DNA of 63,818 nt, filler included, from Rhabdomonas costata (Eukaryota): assembly GCA_019059605.1 (NCBI GenBank). It is 46 parts of 46 records of this genome, joined end to end, with 100 filler letters (N's around TTAATTAATTAA, not from the genome) between each part and the next. Parts side by side here need not be neighbours in the genome. Positions count along the whole stretch, not along the records: positions 48,627 to 49,913 come from JAHMHO010020536.1; positions 50,014 to 51,301 come from JAHMHO010020537.1; positions 51,402 to 52,690 come from JAHMHO010020538.1; positions 52,791 to 54,078 come from JAHMHO010020539.1; positions 54,179 to 55,484 come from JAHMHO010020540.1; positions 55,585 to 56,872 come from JAHMHO010020541.1; positions 56,973 to 58,260 come from JAHMHO010020542.1; positions 58,361 to 59,647 come from JAHMHO010020543.1; 38 more parts are not named here. The stretch is one strand, 5' to 3'. A program made the position numbers and the translations under genes. Each line of letters starts with the position of its first letter. The stretch's first letter is position 1. Shown here in pieces: positions 48,800 through 61,725 of this stretch. The notes beneath the pieces were generated by a model, which was not told where the DNA came from, did not search any database, and worked only from the letters and a program-made list of their open reading frames with translations.

Positions 48800-51401
48800 T
48801 TTTTAGCAAAGACAACCTCTATAGGCCAAAATGGCCAAAATGAGGAAAACATGGTAAATTTATGTAGAAACGCGAAACTTCATCTGTGAAACGAACTTTC
48901 TCGTCACCCTGGGCCAAGCACGGGCTGTTTCCGATTTCAGGTGCAATTTTTTGACGTGGCCCAGAACAACGCCTACGTACCTTTGAGGGCATGGCCTTTC
49001 GTGAAAATCGTCCGAAGCTCTGCGGCAAAGGTGGCTGCCTTCCTGCTGGTCTTCGGCTCGTGGCCCCTGTCGTACGCCCCGAAGGAAACCTGCAGCAGCA
49101 ACCCACGAATGCAGCCCACAAATAGAACCAGAGCTTGAAGAAAGATAAGCAGAGGGAGGTAGTGGTTGTTTGAAAAACCCGCAGGCGAAGGAAATGCTAA
49201 CTCTGGTGGGCCGGCAGCTGTGCCAGAAACCATAGTGCTGGTATCTCTTTCTCTCTCTCTCAGGAAACGGGCGTCATGCCTTTGGGGCACCCCGTCCGCC
49301 GTGAGCGGGGGAGCCCTCTCCGTCCTCCCCGAAGAAACCCTCCAAGCCAGCCGCCCGTGCCTTTCGGGTTACCCCTGGGGTAGTGTGGTGCCGGTACCTG
49401 CACCCACCCATCCAGACCGACAATCGCGCCATCGTGGGTGCGAACCGCCGAGGAGGACGTCTTGTGGGGGGCGACCCAAGATCCCTCGTTTCAATAACAC
49501 CCCAGAGAATGGAAAGGGAAAATCGACCCTGCAATCAAGGGAGAATTTTTTCACCAGTAGTGGGATGTCACCTGGTGAGACCCTCCACGCAAAGGCAATG
49601 AGCAATGAGCAATGCAGAAAAGCTGTGGTGTCGGGATCTCTGGACAACATGGATGGCAGAGCCCATTGCCTCGCTCGACGAACAGTCATAATAGAAAATG
49701 GTACAAACCTTGTGTCGAAAAAGTATCTCATCCGGTGGGGGTTTGAAGGTTCTTAATTCAGTTCGGCCTTAAGGAGGCCTTCCCATACGAAAAGGAGGGG
49801 AGTAACTTTCACAATCACAATGGAATGGGGATGGGAAAAGAGAGGCACCATGCAAGCACGTCGATGGAGGCCAGCGACGTGCTTGCATGGTGCCTCTCTT
49901 TTCCCACCCCAACNNNNNNNNNNNNNNNNNNNNNNNNNNNNNNNNNNNNNNNNNNNNTTAATTAATTAANNNNNNNNNNNNNNNNNNNNNNNNNNNNNNN
50001 NNNNNNNNNNNNNCGCTAACCTCGGGCAGCAAAGAATTTTTTGTGATTTTCTTTTTACGCTTTGGCACTGGCGCCTTTCTGCGGGTCCTCACCCCATCGA
50101 AAGAACTCGAGATGTACTCCTCACACGCTGCGTGTGAAAAGGACGCAGAATTGCTGCCAACGACCGCTTTGCTTTGTGTGAACTTCACATCTGCAAAGCA
50201 TATTCGTGTTGTGTGCAGGGTCCAGTTTGCAGTGTTGTCCGAGCGTGAGAAGCGCGTGGTTGCCTATCGGAAGTGCTCTGTCGCTTCGGTTTGGTGAGAT
50301 GAACGGAAGCCTCCCCCTGCTTCGACTTACTGTTGCCCTAGAATGTTGCCCCCCCTTCTCAACTACCTCTGCTCCACCTTTTTGCGTTTCATTGCTGCCC
50401 CTTTTCTCTTTTTGGGTTGTGCCAGCGTCGTTCCCTGCTTTGCCTGGCCGTGTGACTGCGTATTGTTCTCCTGTTGCCTCAATCAGTGATCGCATTCCCT
50501 TCCTCCCGTCCTCGAAGCGCTTCTTGGTGGGAAAATGCCATGATTGTCTGTAGGTGATGATTTGTCACCCGTGGGTGTACGGATAATGTTACGCGCCACG
50601 TAGTAATGTCTTATAGAGTATCGCTCGTCGTCGACATTATGTGAACGTTTCTGCTGCATTTCTATACAAAGGACAAAATTGCAAATGCGGGGAGAAGGAC
50701 ACTCCAGGGTTAGATAACGTGAAGAAGAAATGGGGGCTTATAACCAAATGTGGGCGCGAAAGAAAAACTCCAAGTTTCCGGGCGACCTGAAATGTTTCAG
50801 CAATACAAAAACTAGGGCTCCTGCAAGTTTGCTTTTTCTTCAAACTTCAGCGGAAAGAATCAGAAGGAGAGAGAGTATAGACATATACACATATATTTCG
50901 GATCCTTTTGATGTCAAGATTTTTCAGTAGAGGGTGCCCGGAGCGGTTGCGCACCGCTGTTCTCTTCAGAACAGTTACGGTTACCACACACCCTTTTCTC
51001 AGCCCGCTGCTCTGTACTCCTTCACACCTTCCGACTTTCCCAAGAAGACAGCGAGCCACAGGTTTTGAAAAATGCACTCCGTAAATGAGACTGTACAGGC
51101 GGTGTACAACGGTACCGCATTTGTGCCGAGGTCCCTCTCCGTGACTTCTTCTGGAGAGATCACCTCCCAGCCCCAAGTCAGGGTGCTGCTGTGCTCCAGG
51201 CCGTTGCTTCCGAGCCAGGCGCAGGAGACCGGTGCTTCCCTAGGACCCTCACGGGAAGGCAGCATCATCTCCGGACTCATGATGGAAAGCCCCAACAAAC
51301 ANNNNNNNNNNNNNNNNNNNNNNNNNNNNNNNNNNNNNNNNNNNNTTAATTAATTAANNNNNNNNNNNNNNNNNNNNNNNNNNNNNNNNNNNNNNNNNNN
51401 N

Positions 51402-51838
51402 GGAGCTCTGGTCGCCTTTTGGTAGAGGCATACGAGAAGCTGAACAGAGATCAGGATGATCGCCGCTTCGGTCCCCCTTCTGCTGATGATGTTCGCCCCC
51501 TTGTGGAGAGACTAGCCCCGGGAACGCTCCTATTTACTGATGCCAGAGCTTACACCTCTGTCTGTAAGGATTTTGGTATCTTCATTGCTCAGGTGGACCA
51601 CAATAAGGGAGAGTTTTGTCGTCGTCAGACTGTTCGAGGCAGACTCCGGGTTGTTTCCACTCAGGGTATTGACGGTGCCTGGGGAAACTTGAAAACCTTT
51701 CTCAGAGCTCGTGGTGGTTGCTCCGCTGACCAATTAGAGAGCTGTGTGAAGGAGTTTCAGTGGCGAAAAAACTTAGAAAAGGACTCTGACCCTTTCATTT
51801 CGCTACTGTTGTGCATCAAGGATGGTTGTTTTCAGTGA
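51402..51838 (+). mobile_element. Merlin / IS1595 (ISXO2-like) transposase, C-terminal part
   Basis: PGTLLFTDARAY...QVDHNKGEF...STQGIDGAWGNLK...GG...L...VKEFQWR matches PGT.+.TD...Y...V+H...F...T..IE..W...K...L..Y+.EF.WR; intronless. Confidence 0.88.
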
Positions 51839-52025
51839 CTTCCTCACCCTTTTCTCTGTGCCGTACATGTGAAGGTATGCCATACATGTATATGAACCAG
51901 CCCACAAAATAGCAACTTGTTGAAAAACACACGGGCAACAAAGGTCAGCACATGGGTGCCCAAAAGGCACCGGGAAAAAACAAATCAGGAATCGGGGGCG
52001 ATGGGGCAGGGCAGGGAATGGCACC

Positions 52026-52157
52026 GACGCATGGGCTCGCGGAAGTGAGCTGAAATGTGCTGTAGTCGGAGCCCATGGAGTCCCCGTTGTAGTACTGGTA
52101 CGTGCGCACCGTGAAGACCCACAGCTGGGGGTTCGTACACAGCGCCGGCAGCTGTGC
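52026..52157 (-). CDS. Internal exon of unknown protein next to the transposase
   Basis: GC3-rich frame LPALCTNPQLWVFTVRTYQYYNGDSMGSDYSTFQLTSASPC with plausible AG/GT bounds; coordinates approximate. Confidence 0.4.
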
Positions 52158-52790
52158 AAGGGATGACCGAAAGTGGAACAACAACATCAGGCGGGGGAGG
52201 GCTCAACACCGAGGTGAGATCATGACATCTTCCAAAAAGTGCAACTCAAAGGGCGGCGAGAGAGAGATCGGTCAGTTCCCGTTCTTCTTTTTTCAGCTCG
52301 AATACATCAGCGTTACGCTTTCGATTCTCTTTAAAGGTAATCAGCCATTTAAGAGGAGGACCCACCCGACATGAGCTTTGTTTTTGAAAATACGGGCGTT
52401 CCCTGCTTGGCATTCTGAGACGCATTTCCAATAGGGACGCAAAGACGTGGAGGCAAAAGGTTATTCCACGTCAACGGCATCGGCATACTGACAGGGGAAG
52501 AACGGGCAACAGGTGACGGGGGGAGAAGTGAGCAAACTGGATGTCACATACTGTCAGGCCCACGAGCCGGACGGTGAGAGAATTTCCTAGGCTGACGCTG
52601 GGCAGGGGGTAGTATCCTGTGGAGGGCGTGGCAACAGACAATGAGAAAGCACAAAAAACAAAAGAGAAAGAGAAAGCAGGCAACGGCACTNNNNNNNNNN
52701 NNNNNNNNNNNNNNNNNNNNNNNNNNNNNNNNNNTTAATTAATTAANNNNNNNNNNNNNNNNNNNNNNNNNNNNNNNNNNNNNNNNNNNN

Positions 52791-53480
52791 GTGTGGTGTG
52801 GTGTGGTGTGGTTTGTGGTGTGGCTTGTGGTGTGGTGTTGTGTGGTGTGGTGTGGTTTGTGGTGTGGTTTGTGGTGTGGTTTGTGGTGTTGTGTTGTGTG
52901 TGTGGTGTTGTGTGGTGTGATTTGTGATTTGTTTTGTGGTGTAAGTATAGTGTGGTTGTGTGTCAGTGTATTTGGGTTGGAGTTTGTGTGTCACTTTATT
53001 AGCGTATGTACGTGGTTGTACATGTGGTGTTTGTGTTTGCATTTGAGCTCATGGTGTTGTCGTGTGTCGTTGTGTTGATTTGTGTGGGATTGTTGGAAAT
53101 GTAGGCGTTGGTCTTGGCGATGTTGTGATGACATCATTTGTAATTTTCTTGTTGTGCTTGTGTTTGTAGTCATGGAGGTTGTAGTGTTTGTGTCGGTCGT
53201 TGGTTTCACTGTAGCTCCCGTTGTGGGTGTTGAAGCTGTGTTTTGGCTTGTGGTTAATGGATGCTGTCGAAGTCAGTGCTGTTTGTTTGTTCTAGTGTTG
53301 TGTGTCCAGGTTTTTGATCTTTGTCCTGGTGTGTGGTGTTGCAACATGTGTTGAATTTATCAGTTGTGCAATTGTGGGTCTTCCGTTGGTGGGGTGCACT
53401 TTGTTTGTATATGGATTTGTAGATTTGTTTGGATGTGAGGTGGTGTGTGTGTGTATGTGTGTGTGTGTGTTTGTGTGTGA
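52791..53480 (+). repeat. G/T-rich low-complexity tract (GTGTG-type)
   Basis: Direct reading; may be partly artefactual at the contig start. Confidence 0.7.
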
Positions 53481-54452
53481 AATTTATTGATGTGGTGTGC
53501 ATTGTTTGTGTTTCACAATTATTATACATACCAGATATCCAGTGATTGTCGCACAAATATTAAAAACAACGCGTGGTGTGTGCGCCCTGCTACGCCGGTA
53601 ATGGCTCAATACCTTTCGGCAATCCCTGCTAAACACAAAACACGTGATGAAGCAATTGTTAAGTACCCCTACGGATCGGACATTGAAGAGGACACTGATC
53701 ATGTGACAACCGTTGGGTATGAAAAACTTATTCAACCAGCACGTGTAAATAGAAGTGTGCCCGGCTACCCCACTTTTACCCAACCAGGATGAAAACCACA
53801 TGGTTCTAAGAAGGAAGACACCATCTTCTCTGTTGCTAACAGCAAACATCGTCGACAAAGGGTGTGCCATAACAAATATTAGGAGTTTGTGTTAAGGTGA
53901 AGTTGAAAATTGGATTTCACGAGTGATTTCCCGAAGAACAAGCGAAAAACGCAGTTGCATCTAGGGGACGTGCGCGGGCAGACGGAAGAAAAAGAACGCA
54001 AGAGGACACCAATGATTGCGCTCGATTTGATCCCCCCGAAATAAGTAGCACCTGCGACCAAGGTTGTGCGCGAAATATNNNNNNNNNNNNNNNNNNNNNN
54101 NNNNNNNNNNNNNNNNNNNNNNTTAATTAATTAANNNNNNNNNNNNNNNNNNNNNNNNNNNNNNNNNNNNNNNNNNNNTTGTGGGGTGGGTTCCGGAACA
54201 CAGGGAATGAGAGGTATAAATGTGTGACTGTGGTGGAAAAGGAGAGGAACGTGCGAAACTTCAGTTTAAGTTCCAGTCGGCGATTTGAAAAAGATAGATT
54301 TTCTGGATAAACGGTGCACGAAATACAGCGTGGTCTATTGGGCTTCCTTCAAATACATACGTACTTGTAATTCCAAACATCTTTAGAAAATCGTTCTGCG
54401 GATCCCGTTTCATTCACATGCACTTGAATTTTAAATTTTGATTCGCACGCAG

Positions 54453-55272
54453 TCACAGCCTGCTGGACTTCTCGTCAAAGTTCGGGGCTACTCTCCCAGA
54501 AGCCAAGCGACTGGTTCGGATTTGCAAACAGAAGCAGGCGAAGCTGATCGGCTGCTCCTTTCACGTGGGCTCCGGTTGCCTGGATCTTTCCGCGTACGAC
54601 CTTGCGCTTAGCTCGGTTAGGGAGATATTCGACTTCGCGCAACACTTGGCATGATGGGAGAGGGGAGCAAATGGGCAGGGTTGAGACGCAGTGTGTGTGT
54701 GGGCAGCTCCTGACGAGTGTGTGCTCAGGAGCTCGAGGCTTTTTGGAAGACAAAAATTAGAAGTCGGTGGCCTTCCACCTTTCCCCAGACCATGCATGTG
54801 AGCTGCTCTTCTAGCCTTGTTCCTCGTCCCGCTCTTTTGCGGCGTTGCCATCAGCGTCAGCACCCTTAAACGCATTCACAACTATTCTCATTCTCATCTG
54901 CTGACCACACTGGTTCAGGGCATGGATCTCTACCTTGTGGACCTGGGTGGAGGTTGGCCTGGCGCTGATGTGGGCGACAACCTTCCCGAGGCGGACTGCC
55001 CGGAGGACCGCACCCATCCTGAGGGTCATAAGTCCGGGGTCACCCGTGTTCCCCCGTTCTCCTCCTTCGCCGCACGGGTCTGCAATCTGCTGGACAAGCA
55101 CTTTCCAGTGCCTTCCTCAACACAAGAGGTTCAGTACGAGCTTATCGCGGAGCCCGGGAGGTTCTTTGCCACAGAGGCCGTGACCCAAGCCTGCAGTGTG
55201 ATTGCCAAGAGGCCCGTGTACCGCACCCCGTTTCCGGAAGGGCAGGGCCCTCAGATGACCGAACTCCCCGAG
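54453..55272 (+). CDS. ODC: Ornithine decarboxylase (fold-type III PLP enzyme), partial; exons 54453-54648 and 54919-55272
   Basis: FSSKFGATL...LIGCSFHVGSGC...YDLAL..VREIFD.AQHL|GMDLYLVDLGGGWPG...ELIAEPGRFF. Confidence 0.93.
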
Positions 55273-55324
<52 letters not shown>

Positions 55325-55334
55325 GTGTGTGTGT
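55273..55334. repeat. (GT)n microsatellite starting at the ODC intron donor
   Basis: Direct reading. Confidence 0.95.
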
Positions 55335-56534
55335 GGATGGGCACGGCGCACACTCTCACCCCAATGCCCGTCGTGTCGTCCAGCACGAACAGCAGCACCG
55401 TGAACGCGCCAAAAAACCAACAGGTGTGCAGAACAAGCAGCACAAGGACACGCCACAGCACACCGCGCCAAGGCGCCCTGTGTGNNNNNNNNNNNNNNNN
55501 NNNNNNNNNNNNNNNNNNNNNNNNNNNNTTAATTAATTAANNNNNNNNNNNNNNNNNNNNNNNNNNNNNNNNNNNNNNNNNNNNGGGGTTCCATCATGGG
55601 GCTCACCGAAGAACTATGTCGCAAACAGATGCTCTCGTGGTTCTAACCCATTCGAAGTCTCCTGCCTGAGACATAGTTCTTCGGTGAGCCCCATGATGGA
55701 ACCCTCTCCAAAAGGGCGCGTGGCGACGCCTCAGGAGCCCTGCCCCGAACGGTCAGCTTTTCCCGGACAAAGAACAGCCCGGTGGACTCGTGGTTCTCGG
55801 GAGACTGCAAAGGATGGACAAAAAAGGTCCAGACATCGGAGGGGAGGGAGCAAGCGCGGAACAGGTGGAAACCAGGATCTCTTCACTCCTCGGATTTCTA
55901 AAACGAGTATGCGGTTTACTGTGCAAAAAGTTATAACCCGCTTGGCTTCACCTCTTTCTCAAAGGCCTTTCTCACCAAATCCCCCGCGGAAACAGAATGC
56001 AGAAAGGCTAACAAAAAGTCAGCATTTCGCTTCTGACGAGCCCTGTGTGCTGGAACTGGAAACCCACCGAACTCAAGGGAGGGAAAGCAGACGGCGAGGT
56101 GAATGGGGACGGAGCCCTTAAGATTACCACGAGATTGATGCCCTCTCGCAACATGCAAGGAATGAGTAAATTTGTGGTTTGAGAACATAGTCCCAGTTCA
56201 CAGTATAATACAACAAGTTTAAGGGGCCCGCGGTGGGAGGAATCGATTCGTCTGTGGTTGGCTCTCATGAGCGTATCTGCGTGGTGTACTTGACCAGCCA
56301 TGGTAGAGGAGTTGTTCAGACAATTTAGGTTGGCCAAGTGGGCGTCGAGAAAACCAGCTTCCGTCCTTCACCTTGAGAAAATCGGGGTCTTGTGAAAAAA
56401 GAGGTACTCCTGTTCTCAAAGGTTCTGGGAACGACGTGCTATGCAACCCAACCAGGCTGCGCCGATGGGCATCTGTGAGTCATAACACGACCTCCCCTCT
56501 CTTCCCCGCTCCATAAACGGAGGTAGCAGCATAC

Positions 56535-56729
56535 CCTAAGCGCACGACGCGAGAGGTAGGCCCTTGCGGTGGCCTGGAGTCGAACCGCCTCCCCAGCGAG
56601 CTCCTGCTGAAGCACTTGCTCAGCCCGCGCCTTCCTCGTCTGCTTAGCTAGCTGACGCGCCCAGTGGCACCGCAGCCCGCGCTGAATCCGGCTGGCGTAA
56701 TCATCGAGATCAATCGAGGAAGGATGCGC
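56535..56729 (-). CDS. IQ calmodulin-binding motif exon (two IQ-like motifs)
   Basis: AG/GT-bounded 195-nt exon: ASRIQRGLRCHWAR ... AVRLQATARAYLSRR. Confidence 0.75.
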
Positions 56730-58360
56730 CTAGTAATAGAGAAAGGGAACGGAGCAATAGGTATCTAGGACCAAAAGGTAGGTGGACTCGCTGTTCTCGG
56801 GAGACCGCAAAGGAAAGGACAACAGACATCAAAATGCAGGGGCCATTCAAGGGCAACTGTTCAGTGTTCTGANNNNNNNNNNNNNNNNNNNNNNNNNNNN
56901 NNNNNNNNNNNNNNNNTTAATTAATTAANNNNNNNNNNNNNNNNNNNNNNNNNNNNNNNNNNNNNNNNNNNNAGTTAGAACACGTTCCGTGGTGGTGGGA
57001 TTGAGGTCGGAGTTGGATTTATTCCCGGCGGGTGTTCGGCTGCATCGTTGCCCGGCTGGTCATACAATCCGCCGACAAACCCTTTAAAAAAACCACAGCC
57101 GTATTTGGTTTTGGCGGGTTGAATCATAGGAAACGGAGCGAATCAAAGGGGGTAGATCTAGATGAAATGCGCTTTTGAATTTGAACCGATGTGGTTAGCG
57201 AAGGCATTGGCTGCAATTGCGGTTCGGTACGACGGAAAACCCGCGGGCAACTAATTCAGCGGACGCGGGGAAGGAGGCCGCTGCTGGAAGGTTGCGCCCT
57301 GGATGACGACGCCGGCACGGACTGTGCGTCAACACGTGGAACCGTTGCCGGGAGCTTTTGCCGCGGAAATGAAATAAGAACGGGGCGCCATCCGCGCGGC
57401 GCAGCGCAGAATCTCAGCCCGAACTCGGCGCAAGGAAGGCTTTTTTGCGCCGGAGGACGGAAGTCCCATCCCGACTTTTTAAAGGCCACCGGAAGCAAAA
57501 ACAAAACAACGGGAGGCGCTACCAGAGCCGCACAGATAGGGGAAAGACTGCCTACGAGCTGCTGGTGGGCCCTCTTCACCCCCGTGTTTGATTTTTGGTT
57601 GGGAGCGCTCTTTCGGTACTTTTTGCGTTGCTTTTCTGCCAAAAGTCGCCGAAAGAGCTTTTCCACTCACAGAATTGGCGATAGCAACAGAAGCGTTCAA
57701 ACCGGACACAACGGAGCCCACAGGTATCATGAAAACAAATCGGGGAAATCACGCAAACGCAAAACCTAAAAACAAAAAAACACGGCGGAGTGGGACTTCC
57801 ACAACCGGCGCAACGGAATTACCGCAATGTGCCGGGAGAGTTGGGAGCAGGATTAACGACGCAAGTTCCAAGTTCCGAAAATGCATGCGCTTTTCCATAC
57901 TGCAGCCCATCGACAAAATTTAAGGTTGCCTTCTCTAACCTCTTTCGGTCATCTCTGTCCTGCCTTCAGGGTCGGTCACACTATTGCCCGAATTTTTGCG
58001 CTGCTACTTGAGCAGAGATCGTGCAAATAGGCATATACAACTGGGACAATGGGACACTGTCTCCGTGATGTCTTCAGTGGAAGAACCCACTTTAAAGGAA
58101 TAGTAAGAAACGGACAGTCATGCACGTCAATTGTATACAATAACACAGGAAATATGAATGCAAGCAACACGCAAATGAAGAAAGTCTCTTTACAGGCAAA
58201 CATCGCAGCAAGTGCAGCTCCCCTCGAATCTCTACACCACACACCAAACACACCCACCACNNNNNNNNNNNNNNNNNNNNNNNNNNNNNNNNNNNNNNNN
58301 NNNNTTAATTAATTAANNNNNNNNNNNNNNNNNNNNNNNNNNNNNNNNNNNNNNNNNNNN

Positions 58361-59533
58361 GGGGGGGTGGTCACGGTGTCTGGGACCAGCGTGAGCTGCA
58401 CCGGGAGGAAGATCGGAGGCACCGCGGCCTCACCCGCCAGGGCTTCCACGTTGTCGTCCCGGCTGATATCGAGTCGAGAAAGCACTCCCAGAATTGCCTC
58501 TAGCACTCGTCGAGAACAGGCTTACCCAGCGTGTCATAAGACGAGAGTCCAGAAAAGGAAAGGAATTCCGTGATCGGTAACCGGTAAAGTTATCGGTGAG
58601 GTGGTCAAGAAAGGTCACATGAGGACCATAAATGCTGTGGTGGGACAATGCCAATGAGAGAGGAGGAGGAAGAGGAGAGAGGGGAGAGGTACCGGAAGCG
58701 CCCAAAGAAGGGAAAAGACGCCGCCCCCGCGCATTTCGTGTCCGCCTTCAACTCGGCCTAAAAAAGCACAAAGGGAGACAGGCAAAACCACAGAGTTCGG
58801 GGAGTGATAAGAGAGGTTCACCCCTTAGAAGCTGCGCAATACTCTTGCTTGAAATGGGGCTATTTTGCTCCGCAACAACCAAAGCGAGAAATTTCCGCAT
58901 TTCTGAAACCGCCCAATACCATATCATTGTGTACTCTGGCCACGGCCTTTTCAGACCGTAAACCACACCCCAGCAACAACAACCCTTCTCGTTGGCCAGA
59001 TGCTAAAGCTGCTTAAGCTGCTGCACAAAAGGCTGCTTGCGCTGCTCCGCCAGCAACCGAACCTGCAGTGCAGCCAAAAGACAAGTCGCTTAAAGCCGGA
59101 ACAACGTCTTTCGATTCCATCATCTGGTCCCAGTAATCCTTTGATCTTTTGTGGTTGACCTGCCCCGCCTCTCCGAATTTCTACGGCGCAGGTTGTCGAC
59201 CTCCTTTTTCCTGTTAGTGTTAGGAATCCTGTCTTGCCTATTCCTCACAACCCAGAAAAAGGTGGCGCGTACCGGAAGGATCCCGAGCTGCGGCGCCACG
59301 GAAAGCTCCAGCACCTTCGCCTCCAGAGCCTGCACGCATTGTCGGATCCCCCCGACCTGCTCCGCAGTGATCGGCAGTCCCGCCGCAGCGCCGGGACCGG
59401 CACCGCCCCGAGGAACGGGGGAGGACGGCCCTCCTCCCCCGTTATCTTCCACCGAGGAGTCCTCGCAGCTGGGCCCCAGAAGGGCGGCGTGCCGAGAAAG
59501 CTGCTGGCAGGCCACCCGGAGCATCGTGGCCTC
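58361..59533 (-). CDS. Hypothetical protein, two partial exons (~59533-59272 and ~58500-58361)
   Basis: GC-rich open frames bounded by AG/GT; no family recognised; coordinates approximate. Confidence 0.4.
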
Positions 59534-61725
59534 TGACAGGGATAACGCAAATACAAATCAGTGGAGGGGTAGGGGTAAAAGCAAGCCCGGCTGAAAGCTT
59601 CGGCTCCGACGCATGCCCTGTCCCTAAGTCAAAGAAGAAAACCCAACNNNNNNNNNNNNNNNNNNNNNNNNNNNNNNNNNNNNNNNNNNNNTTAATTAAT
59701 TAANNNNNNNNNNNNNNNNNNNNNNNNNNNNNNNNNNNNNNNNNNNNGGTGGTGGGGGGAGCTCCCCAGAAGGGCAAGTGCTCCTGCGCTGAGCTTCATT
59801 CCCCCGACCGGCGACGGTTCTCGGAGGCGGAGCAGATGGAAGGCACCCAATTAATGGGTGAGCGAAGGGAGGGCGAAAGGGGGGAGGAAGAAAAACCTGA
59901 AAAGTACCCTTGCGGCGGAGGGAAGAGCGGCCACCCAAGCCGTATGGTGAATTCACCGTATTGCAGGTAAGACGGTATATATGGAATGAATATACATGGA
60001 ATATAAACTTTTGCCTCCTATGTAAACAGAAAATGTCCTCAACGATACTTACAGCAGTGTAAGGCCCAAAACAGAGGAGAAATGGATCTCAGTAACCTGC
60101 GAAGAACTCGCCTCGCCAGCTTTGTCCTTGACATGTCCTCAGATAACAGGTGAACCTCGGTAGTAAGGAGGAGAATTTAGGAGTGAGTCAACGGAGGATG
60201 CCGAGCGATGCTTGCCGTGGCGTGTGCAGTGAAGCAGTAGGCTGGGCATCTAAAAGCGTGGTGTGTCCGCAAAACCCAACACTGCAAACCAAAGCAAACC
60301 CACTGCCAACCCACCCGCAAGTCAAAAATGAAGCACTAAACCACAGAAGGAAACCTCACAGAACGGGGGAAATGAGGGTGCGAGAAAAAGGGAAAGCTGA
60401 AAGCAGAACAAAAAGACACTGACAAGAAGCTCGAGGCATCGCCGGTAAGACTCTGCCGTGCAGAGAGCTTAGGTTTGCGTGTGCAGTGCTCTATTCTTAA
60501 TAAATTGAGCGGCACACCTCCGAATCCTGCTCTGCTATATATTCGTGTGAATAGCTTGGCTTTAGCGGAAAACTCCATTGTGGCACTAACCGTTCTCTCC
60601 CGAAAATATGATCTTACCAGAACTGTCAAATTCCGGTTGAGGCACCTTCCATGTCGAACAGTTCGAAAACTGATGTAAAATAAAAGAGAGGCAGCTGTGG
60701 TCATTCCGAATTCTGCAGGGAGGGGGTATGTAGGCGTGGGCGTCGAACCGAACAAACAGGGGAGTCAACCCGGACGCTGACAGTAATAGCGAACAGCATG
60801 AGTGCAGAGCAAATGGAGCAATAACAGAAATGGTACACTGCCCGTCGGGGCAGACATGCAGACACATGCAGACACATCCGAACACTTCCAGAGTGCCACT
60901 GCTCAGCTCACGCCGCCAGGGGTAAGCAGGTTAGCAGGGACAAACGCAATCCGCGGGGCCCCCACCCTCATCAAGGTGCGGGCCTTCGGCACGGCGGGCT
61001 TGTGTTCCTCAAAACACCCAACCACACCCACCACANNNNNNNNNNNNNNNNNNNNNNNNNNNNNNNNNNNNNNNNNNNNTTAATTAATTAANNNNNNNNN
61101 NNNNNNNNNNNNNNNNNNNNNNNNNNNNNNNNNNNGTGGTGGGTGTGTTTGGGGGTGTGTGGAGGACTGGATGGTGGGTGAGATGCACTGGAGAACCGGG
61201 CTGGTGGCCATGCTGTGAGTTTTGTTTTTATGAGGGAATGCCCAGTGTCGAAAGTGGTTTATATTTAACAAGGGCGCAATTGTATTTCACGCAAATTGAA
61301 TTGTGCCAGGTTCGACGCAGCCCAGAATCTGCTATTTATTTAAGGTGCACCCGTCGCATCATTATTCTACGCAAATGCACAGAAACGAGTATCCCCTTGG
61401 ACAGACCCGTCTGTCTTCACAGCGCTTTTTTTTTCGCTTGTGATGTGCGACCGTATGCGTGGTCCGCACCAGCTAATCATAACTGAAAGTCCTGAAACCA
61501 GGACATTGTTTTTAAAGAAACCGCGGGACTTAATTTGCCGAGATGTGGGCACAACCGCGCGAGAAGAGGACCGAGTGGTCCTGCACTTAAAAAGGTACCC
61601 CTCTGTTGTTTCTTGGGGGTCGCGATGTGCTCCTCTTTATGTAGAGCCGCCTCTTGTCTTTTTTCTGAACACCCTTCAGGGGGCTCTTTCCTCCTCTTCC
61701 TCCTTCTCTTCTTCTTCCTTTGGGT

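Noticed and set aside
52791..52920. G/T-rich starts and C/A-rich ends of many contigs, suggesting telomere-capped nanochromosomes
   Set aside because: There is no fixed repeat unit and genes are cut mid-exon; better explained by low-quality read tails and assembly breaks at microsatellites.
18258..55272. Apparent polyamine or nucleotide gene cluster (permease, ODC, purD, NDT-like)
   Set aside because: The genes are on unrelated contigs, so adjacency is artificial.
56570..56592. GGTTCGACTCC B-box-like word on the minus strand
   Set aside because: It lies inside the IQ-motif exon, with no A-box or cloverleaf.
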